Origin: a virus
Taxonomy: Duplodnaviria; Caudoviricetes
Virus record (IMG/VR): IMGVR_UViG_3300005512_000010
Span: 26,749-90,748 of that record
Direction: 5' to 3' (one strand)
Length of the DNA stretch: 64,000 nucleotides
Shown here: in pieces, positions 28,265-39,182 of the stretch
Numbering within the stretch: position 1 is the stretch's first letter
How the letters are laid out: each line of letters starts with the position of its first letter
Program-made: the position numbers and the translations under genes
The notes under the pieces: generated by a model
Told to the model about the DNA's origin: nothing
The model's database searches: none
What the model saw: the letters and a program-made list of their open reading frames with translations, nothing else

Positions 28265-28702
28265 ATGAACAGTTTCGAAAAACCAAAAGATTGGAATGTA
28301 GCTCCTGAGTCTAATTGGGTGTCAGGCACGCCCATCGGGCAAGACGATGTCAAGATGCCAAATCTCGGAGACCCCGGATCGCATGAAAACGCTTCACAGC
28401 CGGTATCCTTTGGCGATGATAATGAGGTCAAAATCCCCTCTATGTTCAGAGGTAAGCAGGTTAGTCAGTGTCCGCCTGGAACTTCTTCTCAAGACGGGAT
28501 CTGCACTCCCGATCCGAAGTCAAAAGCATCGTTGGAATCGAGGCAGAAGACGATGAGGGGTGGTAGTTCTAAGAAAGACAGGGAGGAGGAAAAAGAATTC
28601 GTTCCTGGTAAACCCGCTAAGCGCGAACCTGCTCTCCCTGCAGCTACGGAAGCTGATCCGCAGGTTAAACGTATCGCTAAGGAGGGTTACAAAGGACGAT
28701 GA
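28265..28702 (+). CDS. Hypothetical low-complexity protein
   Basis: 145-aa ORF tightly coupled to its neighbours. Confidence 0.55.
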   Translation: MNSFEKPKDWNVAPESNWVSGTPIGQDDVKMPNLGDPGSHENASQPVSFGDDNEVKIPSMFRGKQVSQCPPGTSSQDGICTPDPKSKASLESRQKTMRGGSSKKDREEEKEFVPGKPAKREPALPAATEADPQVKRIAKEGYKGR

Positions 28703-28929
28703 TCGAGAAGCTACAGAAACCGATTAAATTTGACAGTGAAGCCGATGTTCTCGTAGTCGCTCGTGATGGCGAGAAGTTTTTCGTCTCCAATAAAGATGCG
28801 AGTCTTGACTTGCCTCTCTCAGAAATGCAGATCCGCCCGCTCTTAGAATGGGCCATGGTCACTAACTACCCCTTGCGCAAATTCGTCCGCGCACAACGAG
28901 TTCTTAGTGCAAAGTTCTTAGGGGTGTGA
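28699..28929 (+). CDS. Hypothetical protein
   Basis: 76-aa ORF with ATGA overlap. Confidence 0.5.
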   Translation: MIEKLQKPIKFDSEADVLVVARDGEKFFVSNKDASLDLPLSEMQIRPLLEWAMVTNYPLRKFVRAQRVLSAKFLGV

Positions 28930-28955
28930 TATCATGGGGGCATAAGTAAAAACCT

Positions 28956-30173
28956 ATGGCCCTAGAAACTCTCAAAGAAAGCTGGTTAGAGGAGACCCTG
29001 GACAAGGAGGAAAATCTCCCCCTCGTTGTCATAGATTACAAAGTCTACGCTCACAGCATTAATAATTTTGCCGAGTCAGCTCAGGATATTGTGGGCGATG
29101 ACGAAGAAGCCCTGAGGAAAATTTTAAAAGCTCTGTGGGCTTATAAACTAAACAGGGGGATAGACAGTTTACCTCCCCGTGACTTCACCGCTATTGTGGT
29201 CGATGACAACAAAGGGGTGTTTGAGGAGGAAGGTATCAAGGGATATTGGCGGAGTTTGGAGGCGCATAAACTCGGGATGCCAGAATATAAAGGGGGGAGG
29301 CCGGCCAAACCCTCCCTGTTCCCCCTCGTCTTAGAAGAAGGGTTAAAATATATCAACTCTCCTGGATCTACTTTTCACTATTTTGATAAAAAATACTACG
29401 AAGCCGATGACATAGCTGGTAAAATAGCCAGGATTCAAAGGACTGATCCGGCTCTCGATCGTTATATCCTATTATCCACTGTAGACGGAGACTGGCAAGG
29501 GTTAGTCTCTGACCGGCACAAGGTAATCTGGTGCAATACCGGTCCCTGGCTCCCCCGGATACGAATGGAGTCCGAGGTGTGCGATTACTACCTGAGGAAA
29601 GAAAAACTTAACATTTCTTCGGCCAGAGAGACTTATACTGTTAAGGTTGAGGTAGGAGATGCCGGAGACAACCTGATGCCAGGTACCCCGCTACGCTTCT
29701 TCGACCTGTACGAGGAAGACGAGGTTTGGAACTGGACCCTAGACGAAGAGGCTACGCTAAGATCTATTATAGCCGACACGAGGCCCTCAAACCGTCCCGA
29801 CCACCTAGAGCGGTCTCGACTCTACCTCCGATCCCTGGGCATGTTCTTGCCTGAAATACCTTCACCTACCGACTTCGATGTGATCAGTTTTAGCGAAAAA
29901 GCAATGAGAGAGAGGGTTGAGGCGAGGTATCCAGGCTACAGGGGGCTAAATAAGAAATACTGTTTTGGGGTGACCGATCAGGCAGAATTAGAAAAGTGTG
30001 CTAAGATAGTTCAAGATGATAACGAAGCGTTAAGGAGGATTAAAGAGCTGGAAGAGATAAAGAAAACCGACCCAGAGAACCACAACCCGGGATTGTTGAA
30101 AGCGTTGAAGGAGTCCAGGAAAGACTATAAATCCTCTCTAATTCGATTCTCTAAGTCTCATGCCCAAAGGTAA
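28956..30173 (+). CDS. 5'-3' exonuclease / flap endonuclease (T4 RNase H or T5 D15-like)
   Basis: VVID, YKGGR, YEADDIAG, STVDGDWQGL and GDAGDNL acidic motifs. Confidence 0.85.
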   Translation: MALETLKESWLEETLDKEENLPLVVIDYKVYAHSINNFAESAQDIVGDDEEALRKILKALWAYKLNRGIDSLPPRDFTAIVVDDNKGVFEEEGIKGYWRSLEAHKLGMPEYKGGRPAKPSLFPLVLEEGLKYINSPGSTFHYFDKKYYEADDIAGKIARIQRTDPALDRYILLSTVDGDWQGLVSDRHKVIWCNTGPWLPRIRMESEVCDYYLRKEKLNISSARETYTVKVEVGDAGDNLMPGTPLRFFDLYEEDEVWNWTLDEEATLRSIIADTRPSNRPDHLERSRLYLRSLGMFLPEIPSPTDFDVISFSEKAMRERVEARYPGYRGLNKKYCFGVTDQAELEKCAKIVQDDNEALRRIKELEEIKKTDPENHNPGLLKALKESRKDYKSSLIRFSKSHAQR

Positions 30174-31998
30174 GAATAAATCAGATTCAGAACTATCTAC
30201 AAGGGGGCCATCTAGCAAGTATCATGAAGTAATCTCTATCCTCGAGTCTAATGGTTATTACTTGAAAGTAAATTTGGACTCCAAATTGACATCGTTTCAC
30301 GACCTATACGAAAAGTTTTGTCCGTACAACTCTAGTACTAGATTCGTCCCGAGGGGGTTAAACTACCCCGATTGGTTCGAGTGTCTCGTGCCGGCGTCAG
30401 AAACCACCCTAGAGACGATACAGAATGAGATTCTGAGCGACGACTCGATGCTCGAACTAGACCCCGATGCCCGTGAGTTCTGCCTCCCTCTTTTCATTTA
30501 CCGTTCCGGACGATCAAGCGAAGTTACCGATTTCATCTTGGGGTTTGAAAATCATAAAGCCCTGATGCATAAGAAACAAGGAGGGGGGACTTATCACATG
30601 GGGATTGCACATTCCCCTGAGTCAGTGAAAGACGCGTTCTTATCCGGTACGGTGGAAGGAGTTTACTCCTACGTTCCAGAGGTTTCTTGGTTCAGTAAGA
30701 GTGTTCAAGAACTGAAGTTTGAAGACATCATTACCATATTTCCCCCTGCAGAGGCGGAGATGATCAAGCTGATTATCGGTAGGGCTTGTGTCGGTAGGAC
30801 AGGAGCAGTGCATCCTGGTAAGACTGAGCCTCTTAAGCATTCGTTCAGGAAAGCCGGGGTCGTGGTAGGAGAAACGGGTGTGGGGAAATCTACTATCTTA
30901 AATGGTATCAGAGAGGCCATGAAGTACTGCGGGTATACAGTTACGAGTATGGGCGACTTGAGTTCCAGGTTCAATCAGGGGTCGGTGATAAGTTCGCATT
31001 TGGCCTATAACGACGATCTGACTCAGAGCTCTCTGGAGAAGATGCTTACAGCTCCTAGCTTTAAATCCATCGTTACAGGCGGGACGGAGAAGGTAGAAAA
31101 CAAAGGAACCGATGCCATTGAAGTTGTATCGAATACCGTGATACTGGCCAATGCCAATGATGTGAGATCAGAGATTTCCTACGTCTTAGATTCCGGAGCT
31201 ATTAGTAGATTAGCTTTGTTATCGACTTATCGTAAATACGAGCAGCAAGATATGTCTGAGCAGGCAGGTAGAGATATTCACCCCATCGCTAATATTAAAT
31301 ACCTCATGAAAAAACATGATGTGGATGAGATTACCTTGTTCACCCGAGTACTCCGGCACTGCACCGATGCGTTCCTTGAGCAGGTAGAGTCTGGCACTAA
31401 TATTCATTCAAAAAGCGAAGATTTGCTGCCTTATTTTAGGTTTCAAACTCATAAAAATTCTCTGGAATGCTTTATAAGGTTTTGTTTCCTTTCCTTCGCT
31501 ATAAGAGACATGAAAGGACAGGGAGATTATTTGCCAGAATTAACCTTGGGCTCTCTGGCTACTATCCTCGAGTCTACCAGATTTATTATGATCGATATGA
31601 AGGCTAATAATCTAAGAAAAAATATGAAACAGAATTGGGAGGATCAAAAACGTGACCTGGACCATCCCTACTGGGCACAGAGAAAGATGTTGATTAGTAG
31701 TATTGACAAATCCTACGAAGTATTCAATGCACATAAGACGGATAAAGATCTTGCTTTAGCCACTGAACACGTCTTTAGTGCGTTAACTCTTAGGGACGGA
31801 TTTAGTATGTCAAAAAAGATGTCGCATATTGTGAGAACTTGGGAGATGGTAAAGGGGGAAAAGAGGGGTATTTACCGACTTGCCAACGACCTCATGGGGA
31901 CCCTGTCTCAAGAGGAAGCGGATTATGTCACAGATAAATCGAAGCGTTGCGATGCGAACTGGATTTACGGATCCAAGTACGACCCTAAGAGCTTGTGA
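30160..31998 (+). CDS. Superfamily 3 (D5-like) helicase
   Basis: Walker A GETGVGKS, Walker B LAYNDD, ENKG motif and motif C ILANAN. Confidence 0.75.
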   Translation: MPKGKNKSDSELSTRGPSSKYHEVISILESNGYYLKVNLDSKLTSFHDLYEKFCPYNSSTRFVPRGLNYPDWFECLVPASETTLETIQNEILSDDSMLELDPDAREFCLPLFIYRSGRSSEVTDFILGFENHKALMHKKQGGGTYHMGIAHSPESVKDAFLSGTVEGVYSYVPEVSWFSKSVQELKFEDIITIFPPAEAEMIKLIIGRACVGRTGAVHPGKTEPLKHSFRKAGVVVGETGVGKSTILNGIREAMKYCGYTVTSMGDLSSRFNQGSVISSHLAYNDDLTQSSLEKMLTAPSFKSIVTGGTEKVENKGTDAIEVVSNTVILANANDVRSEISYVLDSGAISRLALLSTYRKYEQQDMSEQAGRDIHPIANIKYLMKKHDVDEITLFTRVLRHCTDAFLEQVESGTNIHSKSEDLLPYFRFQTHKNSLECFIRFCFLSFAIRDMKGQGDYLPELTLGSLATILESTRFIMIDMKANNLRKNMKQNWEDQKRDLDHPYWAQRKMLISSIDKSYEVFNAHKTDKDLALATEHVFSALTLRDGFSMSKKMSHIVRTWEMVKGEKRGIYRLANDLMGTLSQEEADYVTDKSKRCDANWIYGSKYDPKSL

Positions 31999-32002
31999 TA
32001 GA

Positions 32003-33004
32003 ATGGGAGGAAAACTACCAACCCCCGTGGCCACCATCTCCCTGGACTACGAACACTGGGACCATAAGCCCAGTACTACTCTGCAGTACAAAGATCAATG
32101 CGATAAGTACGGAAATCCTAAGACCGAGGTGAGAGTTCTAGGGTCTCGTTTGGGTACCGAGACGGCTGAAGTAACACCTAAGAGGTTGGCTAAGGCGATC
32201 GTTCAGGGACGTACCTGGTCTCCTTTCGTCTTCAATGTGTGCCCGGATTGGAAGAGGAGGAGGAGAGTGGAAGGTTTGTTCTCTAGCTGCCAAGTGTTAG
32301 GAGTAGACTACGATGACGGAGATAGTATGGAGGAGATTATCACCCAGGCATCTCAGATCGGAATAAAGTTCAATATATTACATCACTCTTTCTCTAGCAC
32401 CCCGGAGCATCCTAAGTTCAGAGGTATCATATTCCTCTCCGAAGAGGTTACAGACCTTAAGAAAGCGAAGATCTTGGCCACTGGACTGGCCCATTCTCTG
32501 GGAGGTGATACATCATGCGTAGATACTGCCCGAATGTATTTCGGCTCTACTCCTGACTCGATAGTGTATCTCGACAACGATGTTATCACTGAGACAGGTG
32601 ACTTAAAGAAAATAGCGGACTCAGTAGAAGCAGTGAAACATATAACTTCGTACAATCCTGTGCCTAAAGACCACGATCCGGACTGGGGAACTCTTGAGGA
32701 TCAGAGAAAAATATGGAACAAGCTGACCCCGGGAAAGCGGAGTTTTGTAAAAAGAAAGATTCTAGGGATTCTAAGAGAAATAGAACAGTTTGACGGATCG
32801 AACGGTGGAAGCAGGTATGAGTGTGTTTGGAAACGTACGAGCAGAATTGCCAGGATGCCCGAGACTGTGGGTAATGTAGTAAGAGAATGGGTTCTTGAAA
32901 GAATTAGCAATAACCCTTACTTCGATGATTGGGATAAAGACGCAGATTCTATAATCCGGAATGCGATAGCCTGGAGTTTCGACCACTCCGAGCCCCCTGT
33001 CTAG
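32003..33004 (+). CDS. AEP-family primase/PrimPol
   Basis: LGVDYDDG, HHSFSSTPEHPKFRGII and D.SCVDTARMYFG motifs. The exact start is uncertain. Confidence 0.75.
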   Translation: MGGKLPTPVATISLDYEHWDHKPSTTLQYKDQCDKYGNPKTEVRVLGSRLGTETAEVTPKRLAKAIVQGRTWSPFVFNVCPDWKRRRRVEGLFSSCQVLGVDYDDGDSMEEIITQASQIGIKFNILHHSFSSTPEHPKFRGIIFLSEEVTDLKKAKILATGLAHSLGGDTSCVDTARMYFGSTPDSIVYLDNDVITETGDLKKIADSVEAVKHITSYNPVPKDHDPDWGTLEDQRKIWNKLTPGKRSFVKRKILGILREIEQFDGSNGGSRYECVWKRTSRIARMPETVGNVVREWVLERISNNPYFDDWDKDADSIIRNAIAWSFDHSEPPV

Positions 33005-33037
33005 TTGAAAGCATAGTGAGAGTGAGACTTTCTATCC

Positions 33038-34744
33038 ATGGGTTTACCCCCACAAGTAAATGAAAGGATCTCTAGCTTCAAATCAAGTACAGGTTCGACG
33101 TCACGAGGTGAGAACTATTCCGTACTCAAAAAGCTAGAGAGCATTGAGTTCGTCGACGGTACGTCTGGCGGGATGACTCCTGCCGTTGCATATATACAAT
33201 ACTGGACCAGAAATGGAGTTGCAAGAAGAAAACTAAGAGATGCCGCAGGGAGTGTTTTTTCTCTCCCCCCTGATAAATTATCCGAGTTAACTGAGCAGTT
33301 TAAGGGAGCATTTGAGAAACCTGTAAGCGAGAGTAATATAGATTACTTTGACCCTGACATCGAAATACCCCCATTCACCTCAGTACCAGAGAACCTAGAG
33401 ATCGCTGAGTTCCGCCCGCCTGTAGATCTGCAAAAGGGGACTGAGAATACCTTTGCTCTCCCCTCCGAACCCCTTGAAGGCGGAATATACGGTGCTAATC
33501 CGGTGTCTAATTACACTGACATGGAGACTTCCGCAGTGTGGACGTTCATGTTTAATCCGGAAGAGCTTGAATTATCCTCTGGACCAGATTACAATAGAGC
33601 GGAGGCATGGGGAGTGTCCGATCCGGCGAATGAAGGTCAGCCGCTTTCCTGGAAAGCTAACAGGAATAGGAAGTTATCTTTCGGAAAGGTTTTATTGCAC
33701 GGATATTCTCTCGGCAAGAGAGTAGATAGCCTTGAGAAGGGTCTTCAGGATCTTTTTATGGCCAGGGATGGGGAGAATGGGGCAGACGGGCCTCCTGTTC
33801 TCGAGTTTGTATGGGGAAGAAGGGTATTTGGTCCTTGTGTTATACAGGATATCAAGGTTAGAGAGAAGGCGTGGGACGCCGGGTATCTCGTTAATGCGGA
33901 GGTATCATTCACCCTAGAGCAGGTACCAGAGTGGACGATAAATGACGGGTTTGTCGATGTCCTTCGACCTGGAAGACAACCTACCCTGAGCGATCCGACG
34001 GTTTCTAGCAGGGATTACAGGGACACGAGCACACCGGAAGAAGGAGGAGAGGGGGATCGCACACCGAAAGAAGGAGGAGAGGAGGATCTGCCTCTGGCTC
34101 TCCGCGAACCCACCACGTCTAAGTCTAAAGAGTTACAGCAGATTATAAAGAAATGTGACAGGAATCGTGAACTTTCAAAAAAATACGGAGAGTTCCTAAA
34201 AAAAGTAAATTCCAAAGTCTGGTTAGGTTTTAATGTAAATCGCAAAAAAGTTTCTGAAGAATTTGTTAGATCTCGTGATATTGAATTTAAAGAGTTATTT
34301 AATCAATTTAAAAATTTAACTCCGGGTTCGTCAAGACTACCTAAGCAATATTCACTGCTTAATGTTAGGGATGACTTAAGAAATATATATTTAACAGAGC
34401 TTGAAGGTAGGGGGGATGATATATCACTGAAAGTAGCTATTACCTATATAGATAAATGCAAAGCTGTTCTTAGGAAAGCTGGCACAGAGGTTAGAAAAAT
34501 TGTAGACGAATATTACAAGGGAGAAGAATGCAGAGAAGCTCCCAAGAAATTGAAAGAACTGTCAGAGGCCGCTACAAAGAAGAATGAGCGTCAATTTTTA
34601 TGTAAAAGTGTAAAAGAAAATGGCCCATGCAGGATCTCGATAGGAATTAATGAAATAATAACTAATCCCTGCAATAACAAAGTATTTAAGTGCTCTGTCA
34701 AAAACAGAGATCCTAAAGAACTTGTATACAAAGAGATTAAGTAA
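33038..34744 (+). CDS. Tail tube initiator / CIS-tube-domain baseplate protein
   Basis: FMFNPEEL..., PPVLEFVWG..FGPCVIQ.I.V.E...AEVSFTLEQ pattern; directly precedes the tape measure gene. Confidence 0.7.
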   Translation: MGLPPQVNERISSFKSSTGSTSRGENYSVLKKLESIEFVDGTSGGMTPAVAYIQYWTRNGVARRKLRDAAGSVFSLPPDKLSELTEQFKGAFEKPVSESNIDYFDPDIEIPPFTSVPENLEIAEFRPPVDLQKGTENTFALPSEPLEGGIYGANPVSNYTDMETSAVWTFMFNPEELELSSGPDYNRAEAWGVSDPANEGQPLSWKANRNRKLSFGKVLLHGYSLGKRVDSLEKGLQDLFMARDGENGADGPPVLEFVWGRRVFGPCVIQDIKVREKAWDAGYLVNAEVSFTLEQVPEWTINDGFVDVLRPGRQPTLSDPTVSSRDYRDTSTPEEGGEGDRTPKEGGEEDLPLALREPTTSKSKELQQIIKKCDRNRELSKKYGEFLKKVNSKVWLGFNVNRKKVSEEFVRSRDIEFKELFNQFKNLTPGSSRLPKQYSLLNVRDDLRNIYLTELEGRGDDISLKVAITYIDKCKAVLRKAGTEVRKIVDEYYKGEECREAPKKLKELSEAATKKNERQFLCKSVKENGPCRISIGINEIITNPCNNKVFKCSVKNRDPKELVYKEIK

Positions 34745-34750
34745 CGCAAT

Positions 34751-37700
34751 ATGGCAATATCTAACTTCAATCTAAACGTCCGTGCTAACACTTCCCGTGC
34801 CTTAGCCGATTTTAACAAGTTTTCCAGATCTCTGGATAACAAATTCCTCATTAGCGGGTTAAAACTCGATGTAATCCGCAGTGCTTTGAATACGATTAAT
34901 AGGGATTTCCAGAGGGCTATTGGCGAGCAGGGACTGGCCAATGCCGGGTCGCTCCGAGCCGCTCAGAATCAGGCGGCTTTGTTGACTCAAACCTTCAAAG
35001 GGTTTGCATCAGAATCAGCTCTTGCGATTACTACGCAGATCGGCACAGCCCTGAACCGTGTCGCCGTCACCGCTGGCGGCACGATGAAAGATGTACAGAG
35101 GACGCTAGCAGCTACACCGTTTATTAGTACGAACCTGTCAGAAGACTTCAGGAAGCAGTTATCGATCGGGATCATGTCCGCTCAGAGAGACCTGAGGCGT
35201 GCGGGGTTAGGGGATAACTTTGGGGGTATCGCACAACAATTCTTGATGGGTCGAGCTACAGGCCTGCAACTCGTCGAGACAGGCGGAGCGATTGAATCGT
35301 TTCTCGGTGCAGAGATTATTAAACGGGCTGGGGGAGAAGGGAGGGTATATACCCCTGAAATGAGGAGTGAAATTCTCGCAGAGATTGTAAACGATCCGGA
35401 TATACAAGAGCAGTTGAAATTGATGGCGAGGCGGGCGGCCGGTTTCCGCATTGTTTTAGAAGACCTTAATACGCAGCTATTTAACACGGAATCCGGAGTC
35501 TTCGGTGCTCTTAGAAAAGTTATTGACCGAACTGGTAAGTCTACTACCATGTTCGATGAAGTTAATGAACTGGTCGAGAGCATCTTTGGTCCGGATGGGA
35601 TGTTCCGGTCGATATTTAAAAGTATCGAGGAAGTTTTCGGCATAGGGGACCCTATGCGACCTTTAATAACTGCGGTCCAGTTTATCAAGGGAATGGTGGA
35701 CGAGTTCACTAAATTCTTCAGTGGTCCGGTATTCAAAGACATCCTGCAGTTTTCGAAAGAAGCGCTTAGCAGGGTAGGCGATCTTTTCAAGGAAATTTAT
35801 GAAACGGTTAGAGGAGCGGACTTTAGCCCTGAGAGCATTAGAGACGCTATAGGCCAGATAGGTATGTCTCTCAGGGAGTACATAAGAGAGTTTGGAGAAT
35901 TCATAAGGGGGCAGGATATCAGCGATGAGTCCGGAGTTGTAGGTGGAATAGCAGGAACGCTTTTGGAAGAAGTAGGTAAGACAGCGGTAACCGTCATAAA
36001 AGAGCTGTTCTCTACTCTTGTCAATAAGGTTCCTGAGATAGCTACGCAGGTTCTCCCTGCACTGAATGAAGGCATTAATAATATCCTGACAGAAGCCTTT
36101 GGCGAGATAGGCGGTAAAATAGCAAAGATAGTCCTTAGCTTCGTTCCCGGACCCGTCGGTGCGATCGCTAGGGCGAGTACGGCAGGTGACCTAACCGGGG
36201 GCGGTGGAAACACTCTGAGTATGCTGGCTATGGGTGGTGCAGCGCTGGCAGGTACGGGAGTAGGATCGAAACTCTTTGGAGCTGCCAGGGGTGTCGGACG
36301 CTTCGGGTACGGTGCGGCCAGAACTTTCAGATCTCGCGGAGCTAACATATATTCCCGTACTGCTGATTTAGCATCAAGAGTAGAAGGTGGGATAAATAGT
36401 CTAAGAACTGGCTTGTTTATGGACAAGACAGACTTTCTTACAAGAAGAGTTTCCCGTCTTGCCCCGAGAAGTCGAGTCTCCATAGAAGACCCTTTGTTAA
36501 AAGAAATAGGTAGACAGACAAGAGCTTATCAGGAAAAACAAAGCCTTATGTCCGGTTTATCTCAGGGCAAGACTATGGGGTACACTGGATCCTATACTCC
36601 CCCGCCACGACAGATTCTGCCGGAGAGATATGACATTGAAGCAGGAAGATCATATCTTCAGGGTGCTGAGAGACAAAGAACTCAGAGACTGATAGACCAG
36701 AATATTAAAGAAGCCTACAGTAAGATAGAAGCTAGAAGACTTAGTAAACTAATTACTCTGCCTGAACGCAGGCCTAGAGGAGGAGCTATGGCTATCGGAC
36801 CTGGTGTATCCGGGTTTGTAAGTGCCGTCTCCGCCCCGGGAAGATTTGTATCCAGGGTCGGGGAAAGATTCAAACCTCCGGCACCCATCGAGAGGTATAG
36901 AACTCCCTACGGAGAGACACCTGTCCAGACTCCCGGGGGAGGATATTCCTTCGCAGACTATGATGGGGAGCTAGGTGTATGGAGAAAGGGAATCAGCAGA
37001 GAGACTGCTGAGAGATACAATAGGAGGTATGGCAGAAGAGCGGTTTTAGGAAGAAGAGTCAGAAGATTCGGTAAAGCAGGTTTAATCGCTGGCGGCCTCA
37101 CCGCTGTCCTAGGTGCCGCATCGCTTTTTGGTGGTCCCGGGGCTAATGCGGCTGAAACAGAGATGCCTAAGCCTGCAGCAGCGGAATCTGTAGGCGGAGT
37201 TCTTAGTGGCGGATTTGAAGGGGCGATGTTAGGCGCTTCTATCGGATCGATTATTCCGGGCATAGGGACTGCGGCTGGCGCGGTGATCGGTGGAGTCATA
37301 GGCGGTGTCGCACCGCTTATGGACAAAGGAGTCAGAGAATCTGTTGGCGAATTTATCTCCGATCTCGGGACTAGCTTCACCTCGGCATGGAACAACTTCG
37401 CTAAGTGGATTAGCGAATCGATGTCTTGGGCGGGTGAGAAACTTGAAGAAGCGCTCAAGATTTCTGTAAACGGTATAATCGATGCACTGAATGTCGCCAT
37501 AAGCGCATTTACAGCGATACCTCGGAACCTTGTCGGTAGCATTGAAGGGCTTGTAAAATCTCTCCCCTTGCCTGGCAAGGAAGCAACACTCAGCGTTTTA
37601 GGATCTCTTAAGAATTTCTACTCCATGCAGATTCCAAACTTCAATGAGGGTAAAGATTACTATGGTCCCGCAATGGCTAAAGAAGCGATGATGGGTGGTC

Positions 37701-37981
37701 GTAAGCCCATGGTCGTCAATGACGGAGAGTTTGTAATTCCGAGGGACGGATTCCCCATCCTAGCGGGACTCGTTGGGCAGAACCTGAGGAGTACAGGGGT
37801 CATCAGTCAGGGGGAGTCAAGACCTGTGATGATAAACATTTCCCTCTCTGTTACCGCTAACTCCGTCGTAGCTAATGCAGAAGAATTAGCGGACACTCTA
37901 CGCGACCCGGTCTATCAGATAATCAACGACGCATGGACCGAAGCTTACAACTCCGACAATGTACTGAGGACGAGATTATGA
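34751..37981 (+). CDS. Tape measure protein
   Basis: 1076 aa, helical, with Gly/Ala-rich hydrophobic blocks (GGFEGAMLGASIGSIIPGIGTAAGAVIGG); lies between tube initiator and gp25. Confidence 0.75.
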   Translation: MAISNFNLNVRANTSRALADFNKFSRSLDNKFLISGLKLDVIRSALNTINRDFQRAIGEQGLANAGSLRAAQNQAALLTQTFKGFASESALAITTQIGTALNRVAVTAGGTMKDVQRTLAATPFISTNLSEDFRKQLSIGIMSAQRDLRRAGLGDNFGGIAQQFLMGRATGLQLVETGGAIESFLGAEIIKRAGGEGRVYTPEMRSEILAEIVNDPDIQEQLKLMARRAAGFRIVLEDLNTQLFNTESGVFGALRKVIDRTGKSTTMFDEVNELVESIFGPDGMFRSIFKSIEEVFGIGDPMRPLITAVQFIKGMVDEFTKFFSGPVFKDILQFSKEALSRVGDLFKEIYETVRGADFSPESIRDAIGQIGMSLREYIREFGEFIRGQDISDESGVVGGIAGTLLEEVGKTAVTVIKELFSTLVNKVPEIATQVLPALNEGINNILTEAFGEIGGKIAKIVLSFVPGPVGAIARASTAGDLTGGGGNTLSMLAMGGAALAGTGVGSKLFGAARGVGRFGYGAARTFRSRGANIYSRTADLASRVEGGINSLRTGLFMDKTDFLTRRVSRLAPRSRVSIEDPLLKEIGRQTRAYQEKQSLMSGLSQGKTMGYTGSYTPPPRQILPERYDIEAGRSYLQGAERQRTQRLIDQNIKEAYSKIEARRLSKLITLPERRPRGGAMAIGPGVSGFVSAVSAPGRFVSRVGERFKPPAPIERYRTPYGETPVQTPGGGYSFADYDGELGVWRKGISRETAERYNRRYGRRAVLGRRVRRFGKAGLIAGGLTAVLGAASLFGGPGANAAETEMPKPAAAESVGGVLSGGFEGAMLGASIGSIIPGIGTAAGAVIGGVIGGVAPLMDKGVRESVGEFISDLGTSFTSAWNNFAKWISESMSWAGEKLEEALKISVNGIIDALNVAISAFTAIPRNLVGSIEGLVKSLPLPGKEATLSVLGSLKNFYSMQIPNFNEGKDYYGPAMAKEAMMGGRKPMVVNDGEFVIPRDGFPILAGLVGQNLRSTGVISQGESRPVMINISLSVTANSVVANAEELADTLRDPVYQIINDAWTEAYNSDNVLRTRL

Positions 37982-38511
37982 ACGATTTTATTACCTACCC
38001 TAACAACATAGACTCTGCCGAGTTATCGAGGATAAAGAATAACTTCAAGCTTAGAGACAGGAGTAATAGTGACAACAGAGACGATGTGCTGAGGAGAAAG
38101 AGAAACCCTGTCCTTTATTTCGATAACTTATCGTCCCCAGAAACCCTGGAAAAAACAACGCTGAGGGGTCTATCTTACCCTCTCGAGTTAAACGGTCAAG
38201 GAGGCCTCAAGATATCCTACGGAATAGACCGCATAGGCGAGGCAATAGGCGAGGTTTTTGAAACCAAGATTGGGGAGAGAATAGCCAGACCGCTTATGGG
38301 AACCAGAGAGTTGATGTTCGAGACTATTACAGAAGAGGCCGAAGCGCAGTCGATAAAGAGACAAATAATCAATGCGATACCTTACCTCAGGGAGGAAGAC
38401 CTCTATGTCTCCCTATCCCTCTCAGAAGACGGAACCTGCTACGTGTCATGCCGCTACTCAGTAGAAGGCATCAGCGACGTCTTAGTAGAGTACAACTATC
38501 GACCTCAGTAG
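37978..38511 (+). CDS. gp25/gpW-like baseplate wedge protein
   Basis: GLSYPL...I.EVFETKIGERIARPLMG..LMFE pattern. Confidence 0.8.
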   Translation: MNDFITYPNNIDSAELSRIKNNFKLRDRSNSDNRDDVLRRKRNPVLYFDNLSSPETLEKTTLRGLSYPLELNGQGGLKISYGIDRIGEAIGEVFETKIGERIARPLMGTRELMFETITEEAEAQSIKRQIINAIPYLREEDLYVSLSLSEDGTCYVSCRYSVEGISDVLVEYNYRPQ

Positions 38512-38530
38512 TTTCCGTTGAAAGCTATAT

Positions 38531-38968
38531 ATGGGCCGTACTCGTTCAAAATTAAGGGATTTTTCTGGCTTTGGCCGTGACACCCAAGAGATGATCCTAT
38601 CTCAGCTTAGTGCGATTGAACTCGATCGCATTGGGCCTAAGTCTATCGCCACGGTGGGGAAAAGTCTGATTAAATTAATTTCTCAAAGTCACCGATACCA
38701 GGAAGAGACTGGAGATGAGGAGATTCAGGAAAACTGGGTAGCCGTCAGAGAGATGAGCTTATCTATCCTCGAATCTATCCTCCTTCGGTTTCAAGAACTT
38801 AGCGATAATGCAGAGATAGCGGAGTGGGACCGTTCAGCGGTTCTTAGCCTCTTGTCCGACATTAGCAAAGTGTGTCATGAAGAGCAGGAGAGGACGGACA
38901 ACCAGATTAAGTCGGAATCTGGCAAGCAGATTAGTAGCGAACTACTCGATGAGATTTTAGGATCATGA
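38531..38968 (+). CDS. Hypothetical protein
   Basis: 145-aa helical ORF behind GTTGAAAGC at 38517. Confidence 0.6.
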   Translation: MGRTRSKLRDFSGFGRDTQEMILSQLSAIELDRIGPKSIATVGKSLIKLISQSHRYQEETGDEEIQENWVAVREMSLSILESILLRFQELSDNAEIAEWDRSAVLSLLSDISKVCHEEQERTDNQIKSESGKQISSELLDEILGS

Positions 38969-39174
38969 TGAACATGGATGCCGCACGCAGCGGAGAAGGA
39001 ATGATGGGCGTCTTGAGTCCAGCTAAGCCTAAGAAAAACACTAAACAGCCTGACGATCTACGCGATGTGGCCGGTCCTACTTCCCTTGACCCCGTATTTT
39101 CCGGGGAGGAAAAACCCCTCAATATCGAAGTTCCAGAGGGCTGGAAGATCGGTGAAAGCAAAGTAGGGGAATAG
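38965..39174 (+). CDS. Small hypothetical protein with VPEGW motif
   Basis: 69-aa ORF with ATGA overlap. Confidence 0.5.
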   Translation: MMNMDAARSGEGMMGVLSPAKPKKNTKQPDDLRDVAGPTSLDPVFSGEEKPLNIEVPEGWKIGESKVGE

Positions 39175-39182
39175 TACCGGCC

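Noticed and set aside
34987-37578. Long minus-strand ORFs (202, 228, 206 aa) opposite the tape measure gene
   Set aside because: They are antisense shadows of a Gly/Ala-rich gene with no recognisable motifs. The same applies to the shadow ORFs over other large genes.
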